A program made the translations under genes and the position numbers. A stretch of DNA of 64,000 nt from Bacilli bacterium (GTDB lineage: Bacteria > Bacillota_I > Bacilli_A > RF39 > UBA660), in NCBI GenBank assembly GCA_036342255.1, contig JAZAUS010000005.1, forward strand, positions 35,954 through 99,953, given 5' to 3'. Of this stretch, positions 20,007-28,964 are shown one piece after another (position 1 is the stretch's first letter; every line of letters begins with the position of its first letter). Below the pieces are notes generated by a model. That model was not told the origin of the DNA. It saw only the letters and a program-made list of their open reading frames with translations, and ran no database searches.

Positions 20007-22379
20007 TTATTTATCTCTTAATATAGCTTTATGCTTTTTCTCTACATCTTTAATTATCTTATTAAAGATATCCATTACTTCTTCATCTGTTAGAGTTTTC
20101 TTTGTATCTTCAAAAGTAAGAGAAAAAGCTATAGACTTCTTATTAGAATCTATTTTATCACCAATATATAAATCAAATATTTCTATATTAGTAAGATTCT
20201 TACCACCAGCTTTTTTAATAGTTTTAGATATATCTTCTGCTGGTATATCCTTATCTACTATAAAAGCTAAATCTTTTTTGATAGATGGATATTTATTAAT
20301 CTCTCTATATTTTATTTTAGAAACCTTATATTTAGATAATTTACTTAAATTAATTTCAGCTACATATACATCATCTTTTACAACATTAGGGTGTAATTTA
20401 CCAATAATACCTATATCTTCACCATTTAGATTTATATAAGCACTTTGATATGGATGAAATTCTTTTGGATACTTTCCTTCAACTAGTGAATATCTATTTT
20501 CATAGCCTAAATATATAAGTAATTCTTCTACAATACCTTTAATAATATAAAAATCTATTTTTCTATTATGACCTAATTCTTGATAATAATCTCCTGCTAA
20601 TAGAAGACATAGTTTTTCATCTTCTCCATATTTTTTATCTTTTAAATAAAATCCTTTAGCAATTTCAAATATTCTAATATCATTAATATTTCTATCTCTA
20701 TTATAATTATATACTTTCATTAGACTAGGTATTAAAGTATATCTTAAACTATTCTTTTCAATTGATAATGGATCTAATAATTTAACTATTTCAAAGTCGT
20801 CATTAGTATATTTATGGCCATCTGCTTCTGTTATAAATATTTGGGTTAAGACTTCATTTAATCCTAAATCAACTAATTTATTTCTTATACTTCTTGTTTT
20901 TTTATTATAAGTTCCTCTTTTTATTGGTAAATTAGGAAGTCTTCCTTCTATATTATTTATACCATATATTCTACCTACTTCTTCAATTAAATCTTCTTTA
21001 ATACTTATATCTAACCTTCTAGTAGGTACTGTTACTTCCATATTATTCTTAACAGCCTTAGTAGAAAAACCTAATCTTGTAAATATATCTTTTATTTCTT
21101 TTGTTTTTATATCAGTACCTAATACATTATTAATATCTTCTGTTGTTATCTTAATTGTCTTTTCTTTAGCATTAGTTTTATTATATTCTATCATACCTGA
21201 TAATACAACTCCGTCTGCATACATACTAAGAAGAGTACATGCTCTTTCCATAGCTAAATATGTTCTATTAGGATCTAATCCTTTCTCAAAACGATTAGAT
21301 GCCTCACTTCTTAGTATTTTCTTACTAGTAATTCTAACTTTAATTGAATCAAATATGGCTGATTCAATAATTATGTCTTTAGTATCTGATTCTACTTCTG
21401 TAGTTAGTCCTCCCATAACACCAGCAAGACCTACTGCTTCTTTATTATCTGCTATAACTATATCATTTCCTGATAATACTCTTTCTTCATTATCTAATGT
21501 TACTAATTTTTCTTTTTCCTTAGCCATTCTAACTATTAAAGTATTACCTAATCTATCAGCATCATAGAAATGAAGTGGTTGGCCTGTTTCTAGCATGACA
21601 TAATTAGATATATCTACAACATTATTAATAGGTCTAATACCACAAGCAATAAGTCTGTTTTTAATAAAATCAGGACTTTCTTTAATTGTTACATTTTTTA
21701 CTTTTCTAGCAAGAAACATACTACAATTTTTTGTTTGTATATCTATATTAAAACAATCTTTAATATTATCCTTTACTTCTTTATATTTAATATTAGGTAA
21801 TTTTACTTTTTTATTATAGATAGCTCCCAATTCATAAGCAAGACCTAACATACTTAGCTCGTCTCCTCTGTTGGCAGTTAATTCAAAATCTATTACTTCA
21901 TCATCAAGACCTAAATATTTAATAGGATCTTCTCCTAGTTTAGCATCATCACCTAATTCTGCTATACCTTCTATATCTTTTTCAGTTAGGAATTTATTAT
22001 CTAAACCTAATTCTTTTATAGAACATAGCATTCCATTAGAAGTTGCCCCTCTTATAACACTTTTTTTAATCTCACCATCTGGAAGTTTTGCTCCTACTAA
22101 AGCTACTATTACTTTTATTCCTTTACGTACATTTGGAGCACCACATACTATATCTAATATACTCTTACCAATATCTACTTTACATATATGTAAGTGATCA
22201 CTATCAGGATGATTAGAACATTCAATAACCTTACCAATTACTAAATTAGTAGCATTTATTAGCTTTTCAGCACTATCATATTCATTGCCTACTCTAGTCA
22301 TATCTTCGGCTATTTGAGTAATTGGTAATTTATCATCTAAATCTATATAATCTTTTATAAAATTTCTTGATAATATCAT
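20007..22379 (-). CDS. pheT: Phenylalanine--tRNA ligase beta subunit
   Basis: IVCGAPNV, SNGMLCS, GIRPINNVVDISNYVMLETGQPLHFYD, RFEKG, EDLIEEVGRIYG, C-terminal FDX-ACB domain. Confidence 0.97.
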   Translation of the reverse strand: MILSRNFIKDYIDLDDKLPITQIAEDMTRVGNEYDSAEKLINATNLVIGKVIECSNHPDSDHLHICKVDIGKSILDIVCGAPNVRKGIKVIVALVGAKLPDGEIKKSVIRGATSNGMLCSIKELGLDNKFLTEKDIEGIAELGDDAKLGEDPIKYLGLDDEVIDFELTANRGDELSMLGLAYELGAIYNKKVKLPNIKYKEVKDNIKDCFNIDIQTKNCSMFLARKVKNVTIKESPDFIKNRLIACGIRPINNVVDISNYVMLETGQPLHFYDADRLGNTLIVRMAKEKEKLVTLDNEERVLSGNDIVIADNKEAVGLAGVMGGLTTEVESDTKDIIIESAIFDSIKVRITSKKILRSEASNRFEKGLDPNRTYLAMERACTLLSMYADGVVLSGMIEYNKTNAKEKTIKITTEDINNVLGTDIKTKEIKDIFTRLGFSTKAVKNNMEVTVPTRRLDISIKEDLIEEVGRIYGINNIEGRLPNLPIKRGTYNKKTRSIRNKLVDLGLNEVLTQIFITEADGHKYTNDDFEIVKLLDPLSIEKNSLRYTLIPSLMKVYNYNRDRNINDIRIFEIAKGFYLKDKKYGEDEKLCLLLAGDYYQELGHNRKIDFYIIKGIVEELLIYLGYENRYSLVEGKYPKEFHPYQSAYINLNGEDIGIIGKLHPNVVKDDVYVAEINLSKLSKYKVSKIKYREINKYPSIKKDLAFIVDKDIPAEDISKTIKKAGGKNLTNIEIFDLYIGDKIDSNKKSIAFSLTFEDTKKTLTDEEVMDIFNKIIKDVEKKHKAILRDK

Positions 22380-23416
22380 TAGTCCTCATCCTTTCTAGCA
22401 AATTCTTCTAAAAATCTTACATCATTTTGATATAGTAATCTAATATCTGGTATTCCATATCTAAACATAGCAATTCTATCCCAACCTGGACCAAAAGCAA
22501 ATCCTCCCCATACTTCTGGATCATAGCCATTCATTCTTAATACATTAGGATGAACCATACCAGCAGCAAATACTTCTATCCAACCAGTACCTTTACATAA
22601 ACTACATCCTTTACCTCCACATTTAAAGCATGTTACATCTACCTCATATGATGGTTCGGTAAATGGGAAGAAACTTGGTCTAAATCTTAAATCTAAGCTC
22701 TCTCCTAGCATTTCTCTTGCAAATATTTGTAATGTTCCTTTTAAATCAGCTAATGATACATTTTTATCTTTTTTATCAATAACAAGTCCTTCAATCTGAG
22801 AAAATTGTGGAGCATGTGTAGCATCATCTTCTCTTCTATAAGTTTTACCTGGAACAATTATTCTAATTGGTGTATTTCCATCAGTATTTTGCATATATCT
22901 TGCTTGTACTGATGATGTTTGTGTTCTTAATAAATGTTCCTCAGTAATATAAAAGCTATCTTGCATATCTCTAGCTGGATGTCCTTTAGGTATATTTAAT
23001 CTTTCAAAACAGTATTCATCTGTTTCTAGTTCTGGACCATCTATAACATCATAGCCCATAGATACAAATAAATCCTCAATCTTTTCAATAGTTAAACTCA
23101 TAGGATGTTTACTTCCTCTTTTAATCTTTTTACCTGGTAATGTAATATCAATTTTCTCACTAGCAAGCTTCTCATTTAATAATTTATCTTCTAATTCTTT
23201 ATTCTTCTCATCATATAAATTATTAAATAAAGTTCTTACTTCATTAACTTTCATACCATATTCTTTTTTTTCTTCTTTAGGTATATCTTTAATCTTAGAA
23301 TTAAGCTCTGTAATAATACCTTTCTTACCCATATATTTAACCTTAATATCTCTTAATTCATTTATATTATTTATACTACTTAATTCTTTCTCTATATCTT
23401 TCTTAATTTTATCCAT
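22379..23416 (-). CDS. pheS: Phenylalanine--tRNA ligase alpha subunit
   Basis: HPARDMQDSFY, LLRTQTS, FRPSFFPFTEPS, GMVHPNVL, GFAFG. Confidence 0.97.
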   Translation of the reverse strand: MDKIKKDIEKELSSINNINELRDIKVKYMGKKGIITELNSKIKDIPKEEKKEYGMKVNEVRTLFNNLYDEKNKELEDKLLNEKLASEKIDITLPGKKIKRGSKHPMSLTIEKIEDLFVSMGYDVIDGPELETDEYCFERLNIPKGHPARDMQDSFYITEEHLLRTQTSSVQARYMQNTDGNTPIRIIVPGKTYRREDDATHAPQFSQIEGLVIDKKDKNVSLADLKGTLQIFAREMLGESLDLRFRPSFFPFTEPSYEVDVTCFKCGGKGCSLCKGTGWIEVFAAGMVHPNVLRMNGYDPEVWGGFAFGPGWDRIAMFRYGIPDIRLLYQNDVRFLEEFARKDED

Positions 23417-23428
23417 AATTATCCCTCC

Positions 23429-23716
23429 TTATATATTTTCATACATACTAATAAAAGAATCTTTACCCATTGAGTCTTCATATTTATTAATCATATCAAT
23501 AAATTCATTATGAGTCATAATTAAATCTTCTAATCTTTCATATATAACACTATTTATATTATTGATGCCATATTTAATTAAATATCGAATATTTAAATCT
23601 ACATCTATTCTTGAATGCTCTAAACTAGAAAGTAAATAATCATTATTACTATTTTTTATTTTTTTATATGTATCATTAGATACATATTTTAATAAATAAT
23701 CTATTTTATAATTCAT
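23429..23716 (-). CDS. Small hypothetical helical protein, first gene after the Phe T-box; paralog of 52835..53140
   Basis: AAAGGAGG RBS; 12 nt before pheS; aligns by eye with the 101-aa ORF at 52835. Confidence 0.8.
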   Translation of the reverse strand: MNYKIDYLLKYVSNDTYKKIKNSNNDYLLSSLEHSRIDVDLNIRYLIKYGINNINSVIYERLEDLIMTHNEFIDMINKYEDSMGKDSFISMYENI

Positions 23717-23729
23717 ATTCCTCCTTTAT

Positions 23730-23945
23730 AAACAAAAGAAAGGTGGTACCTAAAAGGACGAACCAATGGTCCGCGGTACCACCTTTCTTTATAGTTATAC
23801 TATACTCTTTAAATCGATAACGTGATTAAACGATACAGCTATAGGGTGAATTCATACTACATTAATATATTAGTTTCCACCAACCACTAACTCTCTAGAT
23901 ATTAATTTAATAGTATTACTACTTCCTAATTATTGCTTTTTTTAA
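23730..23945 (-). ncRNA. T-box riboswitch, Phe specifier (UUC)
   Basis: Minus strand reads AGAGAG...GGTGGAAA (stem I apical motifs), GAA-TTC-ACCCT specifier (TTC at 23850-23848) and AAGGTGGTACCGCG T-box, with the CGTCCTTT antiterminator partner; upstream of pheST. Confidence 0.93.
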
Positions 23946-23957
23946 AATACGCTTTAA

Positions 23958-23986
23958 ATTATAATACACTAATTAATATGTGTCAA
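23958..23986 (-). promoter_or_regulatory. Consensus sigma-A promoter for the T-box/pheST leader
   Basis: TTGACA (23986-23981), 17-nt spacer, TATAAT (23963-23958). Confidence 0.88.
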
Positions 23987-23990
23987 TCAA

Positions 23991-25277
23991 TTATTTCCTT
24001 TTTTTTCTTTTTCTACGCTTCTTTCTTCTTTTTTTCTTTGTTTTCTTCTTATTAAAGATACTATAAATTGAAGAAATAATTCCAAGCAATGATATAACCA
24101 TTATTGTATACAACACTGGATGATAATAATCAATTTTTTCATCAAGATATACATCATAAACATTTAATACTTTACCATTACTCTTAGCCGTAACAGTACC
24201 TAATTTATCACCTTTCTTAATTTTATAATTTAATTCCTTAACCCCTTTATAACTATATTCTATATCATCTGGTTCAATCTTATTATTCAAATATATTTCT
24301 ATATTTTTATTACTCTTAATAACATATTTTTTCTTTTTACCCCACTTAATATTAATCTTCTTCAACAATTGATTTTTAGTAAATATTTTTTTGTAACTAT
24401 AATTATCATTATAATAATTATACAATGAAAGAGAATCTCTAATAGCATTTGACTTATCTAAAGAACTAGCCCCAAGAACAATAAGTAAATAATTAGTTTT
24501 ATTATACTCAGCAATTGAAGCCAAACAAACACCAGCCCCATCAGTAAAACCACTCTTTGCCCCAATAACATTATCAGTATCTAATGTTCTTCCATATGAT
24601 ATCAATGTACTATTTAATTTTAAACCGTTACTCATAGTATATTTTTTTGTCGTATATACTTTCTTAAATACATCATTATCTAATGCCTTCATTAATAACT
24701 TAGATAAATCCTTAGCCGTTGAATAATTACCTTTCGAATCCATTCCAATAGCATTATCAAAATGTGTATTATTTAATTTTAATTCTTTAGCCGTATTATT
24801 CATCAATTCAATAAACTTATCTTTAGATAAACCACTACCAATAATAGCAGCATTAACACAATCAGCACCACTAGGAAGCATTATACCATATAACAAATCT
24901 TCAAAAGATACTTTATCTCCAACTTTTAAACCAGCTTGAACATATCCATTTAAATCATTAAATACCTCAGCTGAAATAGTAACTTCTTTCTTTAAATCTT
25001 TAATATTTTCAGCCAACACATAAACAGTCATTATTTTAGTTAAACTAGCAATTTGAACTTTCTCATCACTATTTAATTCATATAATTTAACTTTATTATC
25101 TAAATTATACAAAATAACGTTTTTACTTTTTAATTCTAAATTAATATCTTCATTATATATACTAACATCATTTACTCTTATTCTTTCAGCATCTACATAT
25201 GGAATACCTATTAAAATACTTATTATTATCAAAAAAAACATTAATTTGTTTTTCACTATATCACTACCTATCATCAA
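23991..25277 (-). CDS. D-alanyl-D-alanine carboxypeptidase (peptidase S11, DacA/DacF-like); true start probably a few codons downstream
   Basis: IASLTKIMT (SxxK), LPSGAD, THFDNAIG, AKSGFTDGAG (KTG-type); signal peptide, C-terminal TM and basic tail. Confidence 0.88.
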   Translation of the reverse strand: MMIGSDIVKNKLMFFLIIISILIGIPYVDAERIRVNDVSIYNEDINLELKSKNVILYNLDNKVKLYELNSDEKVQIASLTKIMTVYVLAENIKDLKKEVTISAEVFNDLNGYVQAGLKVGDKVSFEDLLYGIMLPSGADCVNAAIIGSGLSKDKFIELMNNTAKELKLNNTHFDNAIGMDSKGNYSTAKDLSKLLMKALDNDVFKKVYTTKKYTMSNGLKLNSTLISYGRTLDTDNVIGAKSGFTDGAGVCLASIAEYNKTNYLLIVLGASSLDKSNAIRDSLSLYNYYNDNYSYKKIFTKNQLLKKINIKWGKKKKYVIKSNKNIEIYLNNKIEPDDIEYSYKGVKELNYKIKKGDKLGTVTAKSNGKVLNVYDVYLDEKIDYYHPVLYTIMVISLLGIISSIYSIFNKKKTKKKRRKKRRKRKKRK

Positions 25278-25322
25278 ATATAATTATACCATATTATTAA
25301 AATATGTAAAATAATATTTATA

Positions 25323-25353
25323 AAAAAAAGAACTAATAACTTAGTTCTTTTTT
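25323..25353. terminator. Intrinsic terminator hairpin
   Basis: aaaaaagaactaa-taac-ttagttctttttt. Confidence 0.7.
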
Positions 25354-25360
25354 ATAATTA

Positions 25361-27466
25361 TTAATCAATAATTTCCAAAATAAATGGATCTTCTTCAGTA
25401 CCTTTTCCATCACTTATACCAACATTATTTTTTAAATAAACAGTTGGATATATATCTCTAGCAGTTGATGGTAATTTAATTTCTAAATTACTAATTGTAT
25501 TATTATAAACCTTATATAACCAATTATTATTACAATCTTTATTATCTTTATAACCACTACTTTTTTCTTTACATACATTCAAATCAGCAGCATACATATA
25601 ATCAGATCCATATATAATACCAACTTTACCAGTCCAAGTCTTTTCAGAACGTTCCAATTCCCAATATTCTGATGCATCTGCATCACTAACATCAATATCT
25701 TCTTTAGCCAAATAATACATAGCATCATCTATCAAATATCTAGCATTACTATCAAAACCAATAATTGAAAAATCACACTCAACCTTCTTCTTATTAGGAC
25801 CATTATAACAAGTTCCCTTAGCCTGATTATAATATAATTGATTTAAAGAAGTCATCAACTCAGCTTTAGCCCAATTACTTGAACCATCAACATCATCTTC
25901 TTTATCATTAGAATCATAAGAATAACTACCAATAGATCCAATTCTTATTATTTTAACTCTCTTACTACCAGATGCATCATCTTTATTAGTTTTAACATTT
26001 GACATAGATATTATTCTCCATAATTCATCATTAAACATAACATAATTATTAGGATTTTCTCCATAATATCTATAAATATTATTATTATCTAACATAATAC
26101 CAGTATCTTTACTCTCATTCACACTAATAGATTCATCACTAGACATATTAACAGTTATAATATCTTTGCTACTTTTATACTTATCTTGAATGTAATCAGA
26201 TAACTTAGTTATTTTATCCTTATTATTATCTTCTACCACATCAAAATCTTCTTCTCTAAACGTATCTAACAAATAAGGCTCTTCTTCAGTACCCTTACCA
26301 TCAATTACATATACAGCTTCTTTTAATCTAATAACAGGTCTTAATCCCAAAGCATGACTTGATACACTACTATTAACAAATCTATCAGTAGCATCCCAAT
26401 AAAAAGCTGTATTTAATTGAGCATTATTAACATTAGCAATCCAATAATATCCACCTATATCTATTAATCCATTATCAAATCCACATTCTTTATTATCTTT
26501 TTGCTTAAAGCATTTATCTGATGATAAATATTGATTAGTAACACTCCTAAAATCATTAACATCCATAGCCCAACTACTTTTATTACTACAAGTATTACCA
26601 TATGCATACCTTCTATTACAATATAATAAAGCTTTCTTATTTAAATTAGTAATATGCTTTGATAATCCTAAAGTTTCATCACTATTAGTAACCTCTTCAA
26701 AAGAAGCATTACCATCTTTATCACTACTCAAACAATCAACAGCACCTGCACTAATAATATAAGCTGTTGATTTTTTAATATATGCTATTCTCCAACCATC
26801 AGACTTATAAGAATTAACAGCCCCATAACAATAACCTTTATTATCATCACTATAATTAGCATTTACTCCCATACATGAACTCTTATTACAACCATTATTA
26901 CCTTCATAATAAACATAGCTTCCAGGTTCCATCTCATTAAGAAGAACTGGACCTTTATATTCACTCAGCCAAACTTTATCATCAGGAAGTTCCAAATCCC
27001 CTCCCTTTTCTAATCCATATTCAACTCCAAAATTAATAGTAACATTACTATCTGAAAGATTTAACATATTAACATCTATAATATAATTCTCTTTACCATC
27101 TATTAGTCCTTTAGAAGGTTTACTACTCTCTTTTCTTGTACCAATATATACATTTGTTAAAGCATCATCAGAAGAATAATATAAATTATATTTTAATTTA
27201 ATATTATCAGGATTAGATATTTTTATTGATATATATTTCTGACTATTACCAGTAACAATAACACTATTATTTTCATTATTACTATTCAATATAAACTCAT
27301 ATGTTTTAATACCATTAACAAAGCTTTCACTAACCTGAGTATTTAAAGAAAAAGTATTATATAACCTAGCAATAATAAGAATTATTAAAACAAAGAAAAA
27401 CAAAGCAAGATTCATTTTGCCAATTTTATCAACTAAATTATAAAACTTGTCAACAACCTTCCTCAT
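25361..27466 (-). CDS. Membrane-anchored surface protein with two tandem related extracellular domains
   Basis: N-terminal TM; two units each with YV..WRI near the start and ending RPVIRLK..DGKGTEEEPY / YPTVYLK..DGKGTEEDPF. Confidence 0.7.
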   Translation of the reverse strand: MRKVVDKFYNLVDKIGKMNLALFFFVLIILIIARLYNTFSLNTQVSESFVNGIKTYEFILNSNNENNSVIVTGNSQKYISIKISNPDNIKLKYNLYYSSDDALTNVYIGTRKESSKPSKGLIDGKENYIIDVNMLNLSDSNVTINFGVEYGLEKGGDLELPDDKVWLSEYKGPVLLNEMEPGSYVYYEGNNGCNKSSCMGVNANYSDDNKGYCYGAVNSYKSDGWRIAYIKKSTAYIISAGAVDCLSSDKDGNASFEEVTNSDETLGLSKHITNLNKKALLYCNRRYAYGNTCSNKSSWAMDVNDFRSVTNQYLSSDKCFKQKDNKECGFDNGLIDIGGYYWIANVNNAQLNTAFYWDATDRFVNSSVSSHALGLRPVIRLKEAVYVIDGKGTEEEPYLLDTFREEDFDVVEDNNKDKITKLSDYIQDKYKSSKDIITVNMSSDESISVNESKDTGIMLDNNNIYRYYGENPNNYVMFNDELWRIISMSNVKTNKDDASGSKRVKIIRIGSIGSYSYDSNDKEDDVDGSSNWAKAELMTSLNQLYYNQAKGTCYNGPNKKKVECDFSIIGFDSNARYLIDDAMYYLAKEDIDVSDADASEYWELERSEKTWTGKVGIIYGSDYMYAADLNVCKEKSSGYKDNKDCNNNWLYKVYNNTISNLEIKLPSTARDIYPTVYLKNNVGISDGKGTEEDPFILEIID

Positions 27467-27651
27467 ATTTATCTTCCTTCCTTATTCTCATTAATAGTAT
27501 AACATGATTTTTTAAAAAAAGATAGTTAATTATAAAAAAATAACATAGTTATCTTAATGTTAAGTTTTTAACAAATAGTTATTGACTTCAACAGTAAAAT
27601 ATACTAACATATAGCCCAGTTTTTAGAGAGGGACAATTATGAAAAAAGATA

Positions 27652-27686
27652 AAAAAATAGTTTCATATTTTATAAAACTATTTTTT
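27652..27686. terminator. Probable terminator after the NlpC/P60-like gene
   Basis: aaaaaatagttt...aaactatttttt inverted repeat. Confidence 0.5.
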
Positions 27687-28680
27687 ATTTTAACCTAAGT
27701 ATTTTCCAAATCTTCCATTCACCATTCAATCTTGAAATAGAAACAGGACCAAATGTAGAAAAACCAGTAGATCCCTTATTAGCACTCCAGCGACCAGCAT
27801 CATACCATTTTCTATTTCCAGCATATACATTAGTATGTTGATGAGAATACCACAATACTATATCTCCAGGTTTCAACTTACCTTCTGATATCAAAGTATT
27901 CATTTTCTTACCATTACCATTTATATATTTAAAACTATTACGCATTCTTGTTTTAGTATCACTATTCTTATATTTAATAGTATTACTACTCTTTTTATAA
28001 AATTTTTGTCCAGGTTCTAATATTCCAATATCAATAAGAGCCCATGAAACATATTGAGCACAATTTGTTCTTCTATTACCATTCTGAACAGCTTTCTCAT
28101 AAGTACCACTAGCATTAGAATTACTATATTTCCACTTTTTTCCTCTTTTATAATCATTTCTAGCAGTTTGACTCATTTTCTCTAAAGATTTAATTAAATC
28201 TTCACTAGTAACTTTTTTTGTAGTAGTTACATTTTGATTATTATTAGGTGTTGGAGTTGTCTTTGGAGTTGTATTATTATTTGTATTATTATTATTTGTT
28301 TTATTTTCATTAGTAGTAGTATTAGTAACAGGTGCATTTACAACAACCTTACAAACAGCCCTCGTAGAATAATTATTTCTATCAGCAACTATAACATAAG
28401 CACTACCACCACTAACACCCTTAACATTACCAGAACTATCTACAACAACAACACTTTTATTACTACTAACCCATATCAAACTACTTTGCATATTACTAGG
28501 TTCAGTAGATGCTGTTAATTTTAAAGTACTACCAACATTAATAGATAACGTAGACTTATCCAATGTTATTTTAGAAATATTAGCAGCTACCAAAATACTA
28601 TCATCATTTTGTTTAAAAATATTTAAAGTAACAACAGTCCCAATTATAAAGACTAAAATAAAAATCCTTCTTAATTTCAC
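27685..28680 (-). CDS. Secreted Ig-like (Big_2) domain protein with a C-terminal NlpC/P60-superfamily hydrolase domain
   Basis: ITLDKSTLSINVG..W.SSN.SV..VD..G.V.GV (Big_2); Asn/Thr linker; NCAQYVSWAL...LKPGDIV...HTNVYAG (Cys/His dyad). Confidence 0.75.
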   Translation of the reverse strand: MKLRRIFILVFIIGTVVTLNIFKQNDDSILVAANISKITLDKSTLSINVGSTLKLTASTEPSNMQSSLIWVSSNKSVVVVDSSGNVKGVSGGSAYVIVADRNNYSTRAVCKVVVNAPVTNTTTNENKTNNNNTNNNTTPKTTPTPNNNQNVTTTKKVTSEDLIKSLEKMSQTARNDYKRGKKWKYSNSNASGTYEKAVQNGNRRTNCAQYVSWALIDIGILEPGQKFYKKSSNTIKYKNSDTKTRMRNSFKYINGNGKKMNTLISEGKLKPGDIVLWYSHQHTNVYAGNRKWYDAGRWSANKGSTGFSTFGPVSISRLNGEWKIWKILRLK

Positions 28681-28754
28681 ACTTTCACTCCTTACATAAT
28701 TATTCCGTTCACCATTATTATATTATAAATATTCATCTATTACAAGAAAATTAT

Positions 28755-28964
28755 TTAATCAACAGGATCATAACCACTACCACCAAAAGGATTACAACTA
28801 ATAATTCTTCTTAAAGACTTTTTCCAACCTTTTATAAAGCCATACTTATTAATAGCTTGTATAGCATATTCAGAACAAGTAGGTGTATACCTACACATCT
28901 TATGCCAAGGCCCCGGTATTCTTTGATACCCTTTAATTATAATAATACTAATCTTTGCAAGCAT
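28755..28964 (-). CDS. yidD: Membrane protein insertion efficiency factor YidD
   Basis: [27 protein letters not shown]. Confidence 0.93.
   Translation of the reverse strand: MLAKISIIIIKGYQRIPGPWHKMCRYTPTCSEYAIQAINKYGFIKGWKKSLRRIISCNPFGGSGYDPVD

Noticed and set aside
5471-22197. Short plus-strand ORFs antisense to long genes (e.g. 5471, 6454, 6802, 8183, 8858, 10302, 11335, 13132, 14380, 16483, 17321, 19012, 21355, 21871)
   Set aside because: They are shadow ORFs opposite well-supported genes. Their Phe/Leu/Ile/Ser richness is what the reverse complement of Lys/Asn/Glu-rich coding sequence produces.
28200-28350. Possible tandem repeat or array (tta/gta-rich stretch)
   Set aside because: It encodes the Asn/Thr/Pro linker of the Big_2-NlpC/P60 protein and has no repeat-spacer structure.
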